A stretch of 64,000 bases of DNA, from positions 1 through 64,000 of the forward strand of contig CAWJTV010000017.1 of NCBI GenBank assembly GCA_963845755.1, read 5' to 3'. The DNA is from an uncultured Planctomycetota bacterium (lineage in GTDB: Bacteria; Planctomycetota; Planctomycetia; Isosphaerales; Isosphaeraceae). The notes beneath the pieces are model-generated. The model did no database searches. It was not told the origin of the DNA and was given only the letters and a program-made list of their open reading frames with translations. Each line of letters begins with the position of its first letter. Position 1 is the first letter of the stretch. The position numbers and the translations under genes are program-made. Below, one piece after another: positions 1-10,651 of the stretch.

Positions 1-1124
1 TTGATCAAATCAGCCATAACTGGCTGCTGGACCACATCCCCATGGACAAGGACATGCTCAGGAAATGGTTGAAGGCCGGTTTCCTGGAGAAGCAAGTTCT
101 CTTCGCCACCACGGAAGGCACACCTCAAGGAGGGATCATCTCTCCTGCGCTGGCGAATCGGACGTTAGATGGGCTCCAGCAGTTGTTGGAGCAACGCTTT
201 GGCACCCGAGGCCATCGGCGTGACGAAGCCAAGGTCCATCTGGTCCGCTATGCGGATGACTTCATCATCACCAGCACCTCACGAATCCTCCTGCAACGCG
301 AAGTCCAACCTCTCGTGGAACACTTCCTACGTCAGCGGGGTCTCGAACTCTCCCACGAGAAAACCAGGATCACGCATTTGGAGAACGGCTTCGATTTCCT
401 TGGCCAAACGGTCCGACGTTACCGCAGTGGCAAGGTCTTGACCAAGCCATCAAAACGAAGCGTCAAGACCTTCTTGACCAAGATCCAGGAAACGATCGAC
501 AACTCGGGGAGCATGACGGCTGGAGACTTGATCCTGCGTTTGAACCAACAGATCAAAGGCTGGACCATGTACCATCGTTATGTCGCGAGTAAACGCACCT
601 TCACGACTGTGGACAACCGAATCTTCTGGAAGCTGAAACGATGGTGTCATCGACGCCATCCGCAGAAGAGTTGGAAGTGGATCAAGACGAAATACTTTCA
701 ACAAGTGGGTCACCGAGACTGGGTGTTCACGGGCACAATCCGTGACAGCACGGGCAAGGGCCGACCCATCCAGCTCATGAACGCCGTGGGAGCCAAAATC
801 CTGCGGTGGGTGAAGATTCGGAGTGCCGCCAACCCCTACGATCCGGAGTGGGAACTCTACTTGGAAGAACGGCTGGCCTGGAAGCTCAGCCACACTCTGG
901 CGGGTCGAGGACGGATCGAATATCTCTGGAAGGAACAGCAGGGACGTTGCGTGGTGTGCAGGCAAGCGCTTCACGCCGAAGAGCAACCCTGGCACATCCA
1001 CCATCGGGTCTGGCGCAGTCACGGTGGCCAGGAGACGTGTGACAACCTGGAAGTGCTCCACGCCAACTGCCATCGACAAGTCCACGCCCAGAAGCAATCG
1101 CTGAAGAACCCAGCCGCGTCCTGA
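1..1124 (+). CDS. ltrA: Group II intron reverse transcriptase/maturase with C-terminal HNH endonuclease (5' partial)
   Basis: Frame is open from the window edge (DQISHNWLL). Motifs: GTPQGGIISPALAN, RYADD, GFDFLG, maturase X region, and CVVC...HIHH...NLEVLHANCHRQVH. Confidence 0.95.
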   Translation, partial: DQISHNWLLDHIPMDKDMLRKWLKAGFLEKQVLFATTEGTPQGGIISPALANRTLDGLQQLLEQRFGTRGHRRDEAKVHLVRYADDFIITSTSRILLQREVQPLVEHFLRQRGLELSHEKTRITHLENGFDFLGQTVRRYRSGKVLTKPSKRSVKTFLTKIQETIDNSGSMTAGDLILRLNQQIKGWTMYHRYVASKRTFTTVDNRIFWKLKRWCHRRHPQKSWKWIKTKYFQQVGHRDWVFTGTIRDSTGKGRPIQLMNAVGAKILRWVKIRSAANPYDPEWELYLEERLAWKLSHTLAGRGRIEYLWKEQQGRCVVCRQALHAEEQPWHIHHRVWRSHGGQETCDNLEVLHANCHRQVHAQKQSLKNPAAS

Positions 1125-1182
1125 GAGGGGCGTTAGTGAAGGCTTGAGCCGTATGAGGCGCAAGTCTCAAGTACGGTTCTTA

Positions 1183-2091
1183 GAGCGCTCGGAAAAAATG
1201 AGTTCACTGGCCCAGGAGCCTCAAACAGATCAAGGAACATGCTAACTTGAGGAACGCGTCTTGAATCTCGGTGAGCCGATCCAAACGGCGGCGCAGCCGG
1301 CCGAAGGAGTGCAGCCACGCGATGGTCCGCTCTACGTACCAGCGGGACTTGCCCAAACCGCTGCCGTGCTCCGTATTGCGGGCCGCCAGCACCGGCGTGG
1401 TCCCCCGGCCGCGCAAACCCTGCCGCACCGGTTCCGAGTCGTAGCCCCGATCCCCCTGCAAGCGGTCGGGCTTCTGCCGCTTCGGCCCCGGCTTGCCGCC
1501 CACCGGCGGCATGTCGTCGAGCGTCGTGAAGACCTGGGTGATCTCGGGGACGTTGGCGGCGGTCACCGTCGCCGCCAGCGGCACGCCTTGGGCGTCGGTC
1601 ATCACGTGGTGCTTGCTGCCGGATTTGCTCCGGTCCGTCGGATTCGGGCCGGTATCCTCGCCCCCTTCCGGGGCCTTGGCGAAGGAGGCGTCGATCAGCG
1701 CCCGCTCCCAGTCGATCGCGTCAGCGCCGTTGAGCTCGGCCAGCAAGACGGCGTGCAACTGGCGCCAGACACCGGCCTGCTGCCACGCCTGCAGGTAGGA
1801 CCGGCAGGTCTTGCCGCAGCCGCAGCCGAGGTCGGCGGGCAAGTCGTCCCAGGCGATGCCGGTCTTGAGCACGAACAAGATGCCGGTGAGGATCTTGCGG
1901 TAGTCCAGGGGTTTGCGTCCCGGGAAGCGGAAGCGGCGCGGAGGCGGGGGTGGCAGCAAGGGCTCCAGGCGCTTCCACAGCGCATCGGAGACAAGGGGTT
2001 TCATGGTGGTCCTCCTTCGGTTCGGGAGATCACTCTCCGAAGGACTCAAGAGCAGACAGCGTGCCAGTGGATTCATTTTTTCCGAGCGCTC
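1183..2091 (-). mobile_element. IS5-family insertion sequence, copy 1 (909 bp)
   Basis: Perfect 19-bp terminal IRs GAGCGCTCGGAAAAAATGA / TCATTTTTTCCGAGCGCTC; TTA duplication at 1180-1182 and 2092-2094. Confidence 0.93.
1204..2004 (-). CDS. IS5-family DDE transposase
   Basis: N-terminus VSDALWKRLEPLLP...GILFVLKTGIAW (DUF4096-like); DDE motifs IDAS, GDRGYD, RWYVERTIAW. Confidence 0.93.
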   Translation of the reverse strand: MKPLVSDALWKRLEPLLPPPPPRRFRFPGRKPLDYRKILTGILFVLKTGIAWDDLPADLGCGCGKTCRSYLQAWQQAGVWRQLHAVLLAELNGADAIDWERALIDASFAKAPEGGEDTGPNPTDRSKSGSKHHVMTDAQGVPLAATVTAANVPEITQVFTTLDDMPPVGGKPGPKRQKPDRLQGDRGYDSEPVRQGLRGRGTTPVLAARNTEHGSGLGKSRWYVERTIAWLHSFGRLRRRLDRLTEIQDAFLKLACSLICLRLLGQ

Positions 2092-2549
2092 TTAGGGGGC
2101 GGGGAGACAGCAATGTCTCCCTGCTACCCGACATCAACGGCGGCCAACTCACACAGAAGCCCCCATTTTGACGGGATTCTCGCTTGTTTCGCCTCGGAGT
2201 GGCACCGTCACCATCGAGAGTGCGGGAGAACTCCTTTCCTGCGCCCCATTACCTGGTCCAGCCATGACTGGCACCATTTTTGACCTCGTCCGAACCACGC
2301 GCTCACGTGCGTGTTCACCGAGAACAGGCTCGCCGAAACCTGTGGTGTTCGGCGAAAAGTCTCATTTCTTGGTGAAAATATGCACCACTCTCCTGACGCG
2401 TTCATTTTCCATTGGCAGAGTAACGACCTGTACCAACGGCTCAACTACCTCGCGTCGAAATCTGGCTTGAATGGCCACGGCCGCGGAACCCACGGGGATC
2501 ACCACATCCCAGACCCTTTCGAACAGATCCAGCCGCGGGATGATCTTCC

Positions 2550-3176
2550 ATGCATTCTGAGCCGTCCTCCGAGAATCTACTGACGCTCTTCCAGCGCCTG
2601 GCCACGCGGGACAGGGGAGCCTTCGGCGAGCTCTGTCGCCGATTCCGAGGCAAGCTGCTCGCCTTCGCGAGGTGCCGTGTCCGCCGCGAACCCGAGCTCA
2701 GGCCCATCTACGACGAAGATGACGCATTTAGTAGCGGCACCAGGCTCATGTGGCAGAAGCTCATGGCGGGTGAACTGGTTCCGCCGGACGGGCTCGACGC
2801 GTTCTTGCGCCTCGCCCGTACCATCATCGCCGGAAGAATCCGATACCGGGCGCACGAGTTGAAGGCCGGCAAGCGTCATCGATCGGTGAAGGCCGATGAC
2901 GATGGCGTCTTCCCTCCCCTGGGAACCTCCGTTCCCGACGACCTGGACCTCCTCGCCAGCGACCTGCCCGCTCCGGAGGTCTCCGTCTTTCTCGAGGATG
3001 ACTACCGGTGGCTGATGAGCCTGCTCGGTCCCGAACTTCGCCAGATTGTCGAACTCCGCACCATGGGACAAACCATCGATCGGATCGCCGAGCGGCAGGG
3101 GAAATCGCGCCGGACCATCGAACGGATGTTCCAGGAAATCCGGGGAATCTGGGAAGATGCACAGCGGGATAGGTGA
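2550..3176 (+). CDS. ECF-type sigma factor (planctomycete type)
   Basis: Region-2-like N-terminus (GAFGELCRRFRGKLLAFAR, DEDDAF) and C-terminal HTH (LRQIVELRTMGQTIDRIAERQGKSRRTIER). Confidence 0.8.
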   Translation: MHSEPSSENLLTLFQRLATRDRGAFGELCRRFRGKLLAFARCRVRREPELRPIYDEDDAFSSGTRLMWQKLMAGELVPPDGLDAFLRLARTIIAGRIRYRAHELKAGKRHRSVKADDDGVFPPLGTSVPDDLDLLASDLPAPEVSVFLEDDYRWLMSLLGPELRQIVELRTMGQTIDRIAERQGKSRRTIERMFQEIRGIWEDAQRDR

Positions 3177-3944
3177 GAGGTTTCCGGCTCAAATCTTCAT
3201 CAAAATCGTAATTGTCAGGCGCACTTCAGGTTGTGAATCGGGCCCTCCCAAAAATAGCGACGGCTTTGGCGGAGTATAGCCGTTTTTTGTCATGTTAGTA
3301 TATAGAGGGAACGCGACTCTTAGGTCCCTCGGGCCATGATCCTGTCGGCTGCGTTCCTGGCCGGCATCAAAGTTCGCACTGCGAGCGGGCTCGTCTCGCC
3401 CTTCGACACGCATCCAGATCTCCGAAAGAGACCAGTCCATAGCTTCTGTCCCCAGGCGGCTCGGCGATTCTGCCGGGATCGGCCTGGCGTGGATTGGCAG
3501 TCTGCTTCGTCGTGACTTCTCTGTTCAGAGCCAATATGAGACGCCAGGTCCCACTCGGCCGGCCAAGGACTTTGTGTTCCCGCCGGAGGGAATGGGTATG
3601 CGTTTCGTTCCCTGGAACTTCGAAGCCTTTCACGGCGCGGCAGTGACTCCAGTTTCCGTCGGCGTCCGAGACGAGCAAGGAACCACCGCCAGAAACTGGA
3701 GCTTGCGTTCGCCACCCCGGGAAAGGACTGCGCCATGAGTTCCCGCCGGCTGGGCTTCATCGAGCGTCGTCGCCATGAATCGGCCATCGAGGTAGATCCC
3801 CGCCGCGGCGACACCCACTCGAACCCCTGATTCGCAGGTCGATTGCAGACTCCGAAGATGTTCACCGTACTGGTCTCCTGACGCCGCCGCGCCGCCAACC
3901 GACGGTCTCCTGCTTGTTCAGCCACACGTTGAAAGGGCCACCCC

Positions 3945-6900
3945 ATGAACCGCCGCAAGGACACCCGCCCGCGTCGTGCGCCGCTGAAACTCCTGGTGGA
4001 GCGCCTCGAGACCCGGTGGCTCTTGAGCGCGGGGGACCGTCGGCCCGAGCTCGACCACACGGTCCCGTTCCACGCGGGACTCCCAGCCTCCCCGACACCG
4101 CAGGGGTCGCAAGCGGGATCGGTCGCCGTCGTCGAGGCGCGTCAGGCGCAACGGATCGAGCGAGGCGAGTTCCGCCCCTGGGGAGGTCTTCGGCTGCTGG
4201 TCGCGATGGAAGCTCAGGGCGATCATCATTTCGACGCGCTTTACAGTCAGCTCTCGGCCCGATTCGATCGATGGGCGGTGCGCCATCCGGCCCAGGCGCG
4301 AACCCTGGCCATCAACCCGGTTCCGATCTCGACCGAGGGGACGGACAGCGGTCCGAGCCTCTCCGCGCCGAGAGTGGGGCCAACACCAACCACGGGTCAG
4401 GGTCGGCACCGCCCAACCCGGACCAGCCGACGGCACCCTCCCCTTCGCTCAGCCCCCCGATCGTCCCGCTGGATGGCTTCGGCTGGTACAGCGATTGCGG
4501 CTGCTCGACCGCCAACGGTGCATCGCCCTCGCCCGGAGGACCTGGCGGTTCCCCTCCCGTCGCCCTCAATCCCCAGGGAGCGACCTCGACGAGCGGGCCG
4601 ATGGATTCGAACGCCGACCTGCTCACCGGCGAGTACCTCCAGGATTACCAGGCCGCCACCTACGAGTCCGATGGAGAGTCCTGGAGCATCGACCTGCAAT
4701 ACAGCTCGCTCCAGGCGCACCCCGAACCGACCGTTACCGGGGCCTGGCAGGTGAATACCGACGTCGGGTCCGGCACCTTCGGCTCGACCAAGATGTCGCT
4801 GAGCGTTGGCGGCAGCTCCCAGGGAAGTCCCATCACGATGAACATCCCGTCGAATGGGACCTATCTCATTCAGCTCCAGGCCGTCGGCGCCGCGAGCATG
4901 ACGACCGGGATGTACTCCTTAGGGCTGTCGAGTGCCAAGAACCTCAACTCCGGCGGCACCTCGACTGACAGCTACAACAGCTCGCTGATGGTGGTCAACA
5001 ACGACGCTTCCCCGGTCGGCTCGGGCTGGAGCATCGGCGGCTTTCAGCAGATCACCGTCGGCTCCGCCGGCTCGACCCTGATGATCTCCGATGGCACCGA
5101 CGCCCCCGAGGAGTTCACGTCCTCCAACGGCACGAACTACACCGGCGACCCCACCGACACATCCACCCTGACCTACAGCTCCTCCAGCCATACCTACACG
5201 CGTGCCTACCAGGACGGGACCACCATCACGTTCAACAGCAGCGGCCAGGAGACCTCGTTCGCCGACCCCTACGGCAACACCACGTCGTATGCTTATGTAA
5301 CCAGCGGCGCAGCCGCGGGCGCCTTGCACACGATCACCGACCCCGTCGGCCTGGTGACGACCCTGTCTTACAACGCCGGCGGCCACCTGAGCACGATCAC
5401 CGACCCCGCCAACCGCGTCACGACGTTCACCATCGATTCGAGCGGCGACCTGACCGAGGTTGTCAACCCCGATGGGGGGACGACCCAGTATGGCTACAAT
5501 GCCAGCCACGAGATGACCTCGGAGACCGACCCCAACAGTTTCACCGCGACGATCGGCTACGACACGTTTGGCCGCCTGAACAGCGAGACGCTCTTCGACG
5601 GCACGTTCAACCGTGAAGATCTCACCCGCCCAGGAATCGGGCCTCCAGAGTTGGGGGAGCAGCGGTTCGACGCCTCCCGCCACGACGACCTACCTCAGTA
5701 CCGTGACGGACCCCAACGGCTCGGTCACCACGGTCACCTTCGACAGCCTGGGCGGCGTCACATCCGAGATCGATGGCAACGGCGGCACCACGACGATCAC
5801 CCGCAACGCCAACGACTGGCCGACCGTCGTCACCGACCCGATGAGCCGGACGACGACTTATTCGTACAACTCCAGCGGCGACATCACCCAGATCACCCAG
5901 CCCGGCGGGAGCAGCGAGTACCTCACCTATAACGACAGCCTCGGAGTTCCCACCGAGATCAAGGACTTCAACGGCAACACCACGACCTACGTGCTCGACT
6001 CGCACGGCAACGTCACCGAGGAGGAACAGCCAGGCGGCGTGGACCAGGAATGGACATACAGCTCCGCCGGCCTGGTCCTCACCTATACGGATGGCAACGG
6101 ACACACGACGTCATTCGCCTACGATAGCCTGGGGCGCGCGACAACGATCACCGAGCCGGGTACGGGCTCGCCGACCATCGAATATGGCTACGATTCCGCG
6201 GGCGACGTAACGAGCATCACCGACGAGGTGGGCGATATCACGACGATCACCTACAACTCGATGGGCCAAGTGCTCACGGAGCAGAACCCGGTCCAGGCCG
6301 CGGCCGGCAAGGACACCGCTTACACGTACGACGCCGATGGAAACCTGAAGTCAACGACCGATGCGAACGGCAAGACCACGACGTACACCTACAATGCCCG
6401 GAACGAGCTCACCGCCGTTGAGGATCCGCTCGACAACGTCACGACGTACCAGTACGACGCCGAAGGAAACCTGACCGGGTCCATCGATCCCGACTTAAAT
6501 CGCGCGACCTATACGTATGACAACGACAATAACATGCTCACTGCGCGACGATGCGCTCGGGACAACGACCTACACCTACGATGCCGACGACGAGCTGACC
6601 GCCGAGATCGATCCCAATGGCAACGCGACCGATTACGGCTACAACAACCTGGGCGAGCAAACCACCATCACTCTGCCCGGGGAATCGTCGACCCCGACGA
6701 CGTACACCTACGATAACAACGGCAACCTGCTCACGATCACGGATCCCAATAACCACACCACGACTTACGTCTACAATGCGCTGAATGAAGTCACCTCCGA
6801 AACCAACGGCGACGGCGACACGACGAGCGTCTCCTACGACGGCGACGGCAACGTCCTGACCGAAACCGACGGCCTGGATCACACCACCACCTACACGTAT

Positions 6901-9016
6901 GATCCCATGGGCGATCTCTTGACCGAGACCCAGCCCTCCGGCGGTGGGACGACGACGATGGCCTATGACGCGGCCGGCGACCTGATGCGTGTCACGGATC
7001 CCGATAACAATGTGACGTCGTACACCTACAACGCGGCCCACGAAGTGGCCACCGAAACCAGTCCTACGGGCGGAATCACGACTTATTCATACGACCCCGT
7101 GGGGAACCTGACCGAGTCGATCGATCCCGACGGGCATGAAATCCAGTACGGGTACAATGCCGACAACGAGGAGACGTCGGAGACCTGGGTCAATCCTTCA
7201 GGGGGCTCCTACTGATGTCTTCCACTACGGCTACAACGGCGATGGCGAACTGACGTCGGCCAGTGATAATAATAGCGCGTACGCGTACACCTACAATGCC
7301 GAGGGCGAGGTGACGAGCCAGGGCGACGTGGGCTCGCCCCACCTGCCGACCGTGACGTTGACCTACGCGTACGATCCCGACGGCAACGAGACCAGCATGA
7401 GCGACAGCCTGGGCGGGGTGGTCAGCTACACCTACGATGTCCGGGACGAGCTGACCAGCATGACCTTCTCGGGCACGGGCCTCTCGGCCGAGGCGTTGAA
7501 ATTCACCTACGACAACGCCGGCAACATGACCGGCCTGACCCGCTACTCGAACCTGGCCGAAACGACGGTGGTGGCATCGACGACCTACTCCTACGACGCG
7601 GCCGACCAGATGACCGGCATCACAGACAAGAACTCCAGCGGCACGACCCAGGTCTCGTACGGCTACATCTACGATGCCGCGAGCCGCGTGACCACGGAAA
7701 CGCGCACCTGGGCTTCGGGAGTCGACTCGGACACGCTGAACTACACCTACACGAACAACAACCAGTTGACCGGTGTCACGCACACGGACGCCTCGTTCTC
7801 CAACGAGAGCTTCTCCTGGGACGCCAACGGCAACCAGACGGGCACCGGCTACACCACCAGCACGGGCAACGAGCAAACCGCCTCGCCGGGCTACACGTAC
7901 ACGTATGACGCCGACGGCAACATCATCACCGCGACAAACACGTTGACCAACGACACCTGGACCTATTCGTACGATTTCCGCAATCGAATGACCGGCGCCG
8001 TGGAGACGAACTCATCGCACACGGTCCTCGCCCAGGTCACGTACACCTATGATGCTCTTGACAATCGCATCGGCATGGATGAGAATGGTACCCAGACGTG
8101 GACGCTCTACGACGGCGCGACGTCGATCATGGACTTCAACGGGTCCGGCTCCTTGACAATGCGCTACTTGAATGGCCCGGCTGGAGATTTGGTCGATACG
8201 GCCCTGGTGCGCCAGTCGTCCGGCGGCACGATCTCCTGGTACCTGCCCGACCGCCTGGGCACGATCCGCGACCTGGTCAACAACGCGGGCGCGATCATCG
8301 ACCACGTCGATTACAGCGCGTTCGGCACGGCGCTCGACGAGTCGAGCCCGTCCAATGGCGACCGGATGATGGGGTTCGCTGGGATGGAGCGTGATACGGT
8401 CACCGGGTTGAATTTGGCGGTGCATCGGGTTGAGAACCCGACGATGGGGAGGTGGATGAGCCGGGATCCGCTAGGGTTCAACGCGTGGGACGCTGATCTC
8501 TATCGTTACGTGGGGAACGAGCCGACGGGTGCGCTTGATCCGAGCGGCCTTCTCCGCGAAGGGTTCTGGTGGGGCTTGGCCCAGGGAGGGGCAAATCTAG
8601 GGAATTCCGCCACGGACGTCGGGATTGGAATTCTCAACACGCCGGGTTTCGTCTGGAACTCGACTGCGGGATGGATTCTCCCAAACATCCCTTACATAAA
8701 GGCGCCCGATTGGTCGAAAGGCTATTTCATTGATGAGGACCCATTGGATCGTGCGATAAGCAGGGGTGCTGGAGATGTTGCCGTTAGCTGCGCGTTGTTC
8801 GCCGGCCCTTTTAAGCGTTTCCTTCCGCGCGCGAGGAATAGAGGAGGGCTGCGCGCTCCCTATCGGGATCCCTACGCACCCCCGCGCCCGAGTCCCTCAC
8901 CTCGACCATCCCCGCCTCCGAGCACACAACCTCCAAAGATCTACAGGCCGAGTACGAACGGCGGGCCGCCGTCTCCCTCACCACCTCCCCGTGGTGGATT
9001 CCCCAGACCTTCATAG
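3945..9016 (+). CDS. RHS/YD-repeat polymorphic toxin-like protein, split by about four frameshifts (near 4380, 5610, 6540, 7205)
   Basis: Starts MNRRKDTRPRRAPLKLLVERLETRWLLS. Dozens of YxYD repeats continue across ORFs 3914, 5613, 6517 and 7136. RHS core PTMGRWMSRDPLG...LYRYVGNEPTGALDPSG. Confidence 0.88.
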
Positions 9017-9291
9017 TTCTACAGCGGAAGAACTTCGTGGGAGCTGTCGTTTCCCCCTGCGAAACGCCGGGCTTACCGTCGGGCGGCCCGGTGCCTGAGC
9101 CGCGGGACGCTGCCCGAGCCTTTGCCACAATGCCCGGCTTGGAAGGGGGTACCGAGGGGGTCAATCAAACTCCCTCCACTGTAGAACGAATGACTGATGG
9201 GGACTATAGCTTGGAATCAGGCGCGCGGATGGACAAGCCCCCAACGCGAAGCGGTTTAGTTCAACGGATGAGATAGAGGAGGGTTACTGCC

Positions 9292-9732
9292 ATGGAAGAG
9301 CACGACGACGCGAACCTAAAGGATAGCTGGCCTCGTTATCCTGGCTGGTGCTCATTTTGCCGTAAGCACCACCACGAAGTTGGACCGCTGGCAGAAGGAC
9401 CTGATCAAGTTTACATTTGTTATGGGTGTGCAAACCAGTGTGCTGATCTGATTGAAGTGGAGCGCCAGCGGGTCGAACAGGAAGAAAATTGGGGCCGGCG
9501 AATAGGAGGAAACAACATGAAGGTAGCCGGGATTCCATTGTTGGTCGTGGGCGGCTTGATGGTTCTCAACACCTTGGCCCTTGCATTCACGCGGTATGAC
9601 CTCAACTCCTCGCATGACGTGAGCAAATTCTTTGGAGGTCTTGGCATGTCCAGCGTGATTCTCCTCTGGGGCGCGGCGAGGGCTTGGAAGACGAAGCGGA
9701 AAAGGGGAGGGAAGCGGAAAAGCCTGCCATGA
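9292..9732 (+). CDS. ClpX C4-type zinc-finger protein with C-terminal two-TM segment (possibly two genes)
   Basis: CSFCRK...GPDQVYICYGC motif, then two hydrophobic helices. Internal AGGAGG plus ATG at 9517. Confidence 0.7.
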   Translation: MEEHDDANLKDSWPRYPGWCSFCRKHHHEVGPLAEGPDQVYICYGCANQCADLIEVERQRVEQEENWGRRIGGNNMKVAGIPLLVVGGLMVLNTLALAFTRYDLNSSHDVSKFFGGLGMSSVILLWGAARAWKTKRKRGGKRKSLP

Positions 9733-9854
9733 TGGTTTTGGGATGGGACGTTGAGCGGGGGGGGAAAAAGGAGGGGGAATAAGGGGACATAACGAATAGC
9801 TCAGACCGAGTAGCCGGTGGGTGGCCTGCTCCCCAAAATCTGGTCCAGTCTTAA

Positions 9855-9945
9855 GGGGAGGTCGGGGTCAGACCAGGTTTCAGGTTTCTTTCAGAGTCGG
9901 CGCGAGAAAAAACCCGGTCTGGACTGGTCTGACCCCGACCTCCCC
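9855..9945. repeat. Perfect 22-bp inverted repeat (REP/MITE-like)
   Basis: GGGGAGGTCGGGGTCAGACCAG (9855-9876) and its reverse complement (9924-9945); extra partial arm at 9952-9965. Confidence 0.8.
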
Positions 9946-10025
9946 GAGCCCGACCCCGACCTCCCTTTCTGGGGGGACACAACGCGACGGTCTCGCATCA
10001 GGATTCTTTGATTGGAGGATCTGCC

Positions 10026-10364
10026 ATGAACGACGATTCGGCGATGCCACCCGAGGCGACGGTCTACAGCTATGATTGCCGGAGCCAGTTGAGCGCCGTC
10101 CGGGGGTGGAGCGGTCCGGCACCGACGGCCGAGGAGCTGACCGCCCTGGTCCTCCGCGAGCGCCCCACCTTCGCCTTCGAGCACGATGCCCGCAAGGGCA
10201 CCTTCCGGCTGACGTGGGCCGACGGGCGGGTCGAAGAGTTCCGGGACAAACCGGTGCGGCATCTCTCGGTGGAACCCGACGAATCCGGGGCGCTGAAGCC
10301 GGTGATCCGACGCGGTGGGCCCGTGTACCTCTATCTCTGCCGCGAGGAGCGGGAGGAGCGGTGA
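10026..10364 (+). CDS. Hypothetical protein
   Basis: GGAGG upstream of ATG; GC-rich codon usage; one YD-like motif YSYDCRSQLSAV. Confidence 0.55.
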   Translation: MNDDSAMPPEATVYSYDCRSQLSAVRGWSGPAPTAEELTALVLRERPTFAFEHDARKGTFRLTWADGRVEEFRDKPVRHLSVEPDESGALKPVIRRGGPVYLYLCREEREER

Positions 10365-10467
10365 GTCGTCAGTGCGGCCAGTTCGTCGGCCGCGCGACCG
10401 GAGGGGGGACATTGGTGTCGCTTCGTTTCTCGTCGGGGGCGTACGAGTTCAGAGCTTGTGAAAGGAT

Positions 10468-10566
10468 CGGATTCCAGATTCCGAATTCCAGATTCGAGAA
10501 GCCCAAGCCTCTGATATATCAGGCTTAACATCCATTCGGAATCTTGAATTTGTGATTTTGAATCGA
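10468..10566. repeat. Inverted clusters of degenerate heptamers (GATTCCA/GAATC type)
   Basis: GGATTCCAGATTCCGAATTCCAGATTCGAGA followed by a degenerate reverse cluster GGAATCTTGAATTTGTGATTTTGAATC. Confidence 0.55.
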
Positions 10567-10651
10567 TTCTTTCACAGCATCTCAGTTGCCAGGTTTCGGG
10601 GTTTCTCGAATCGCCGTCGATTCGACGGCGTCGAAACCTCCGACGTGCTTA

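Larger units (their letters stand above)
1..2132 (+). mobile_element. Group II intron (3' portion), interrupted by IS5
   Basis: Domain V GAGCCGTATGAGGCGCAAGTCTCAAGTACGGTTC at 1146-1179. Domain VI and 3' end GGGGGCGGGGAGACAGCAATGTCTCCCTGCTACCCGAC at 2095-2132, ending in AC. Confidence 0.9.

Noticed and set aside
2133..2549. Host gene interrupted by the intron (3' exon)
   Set aside because: Only a short frame (INGGQLTQKPPF-stop) follows, and the 5' exon is outside the window, so it cannot be identified.
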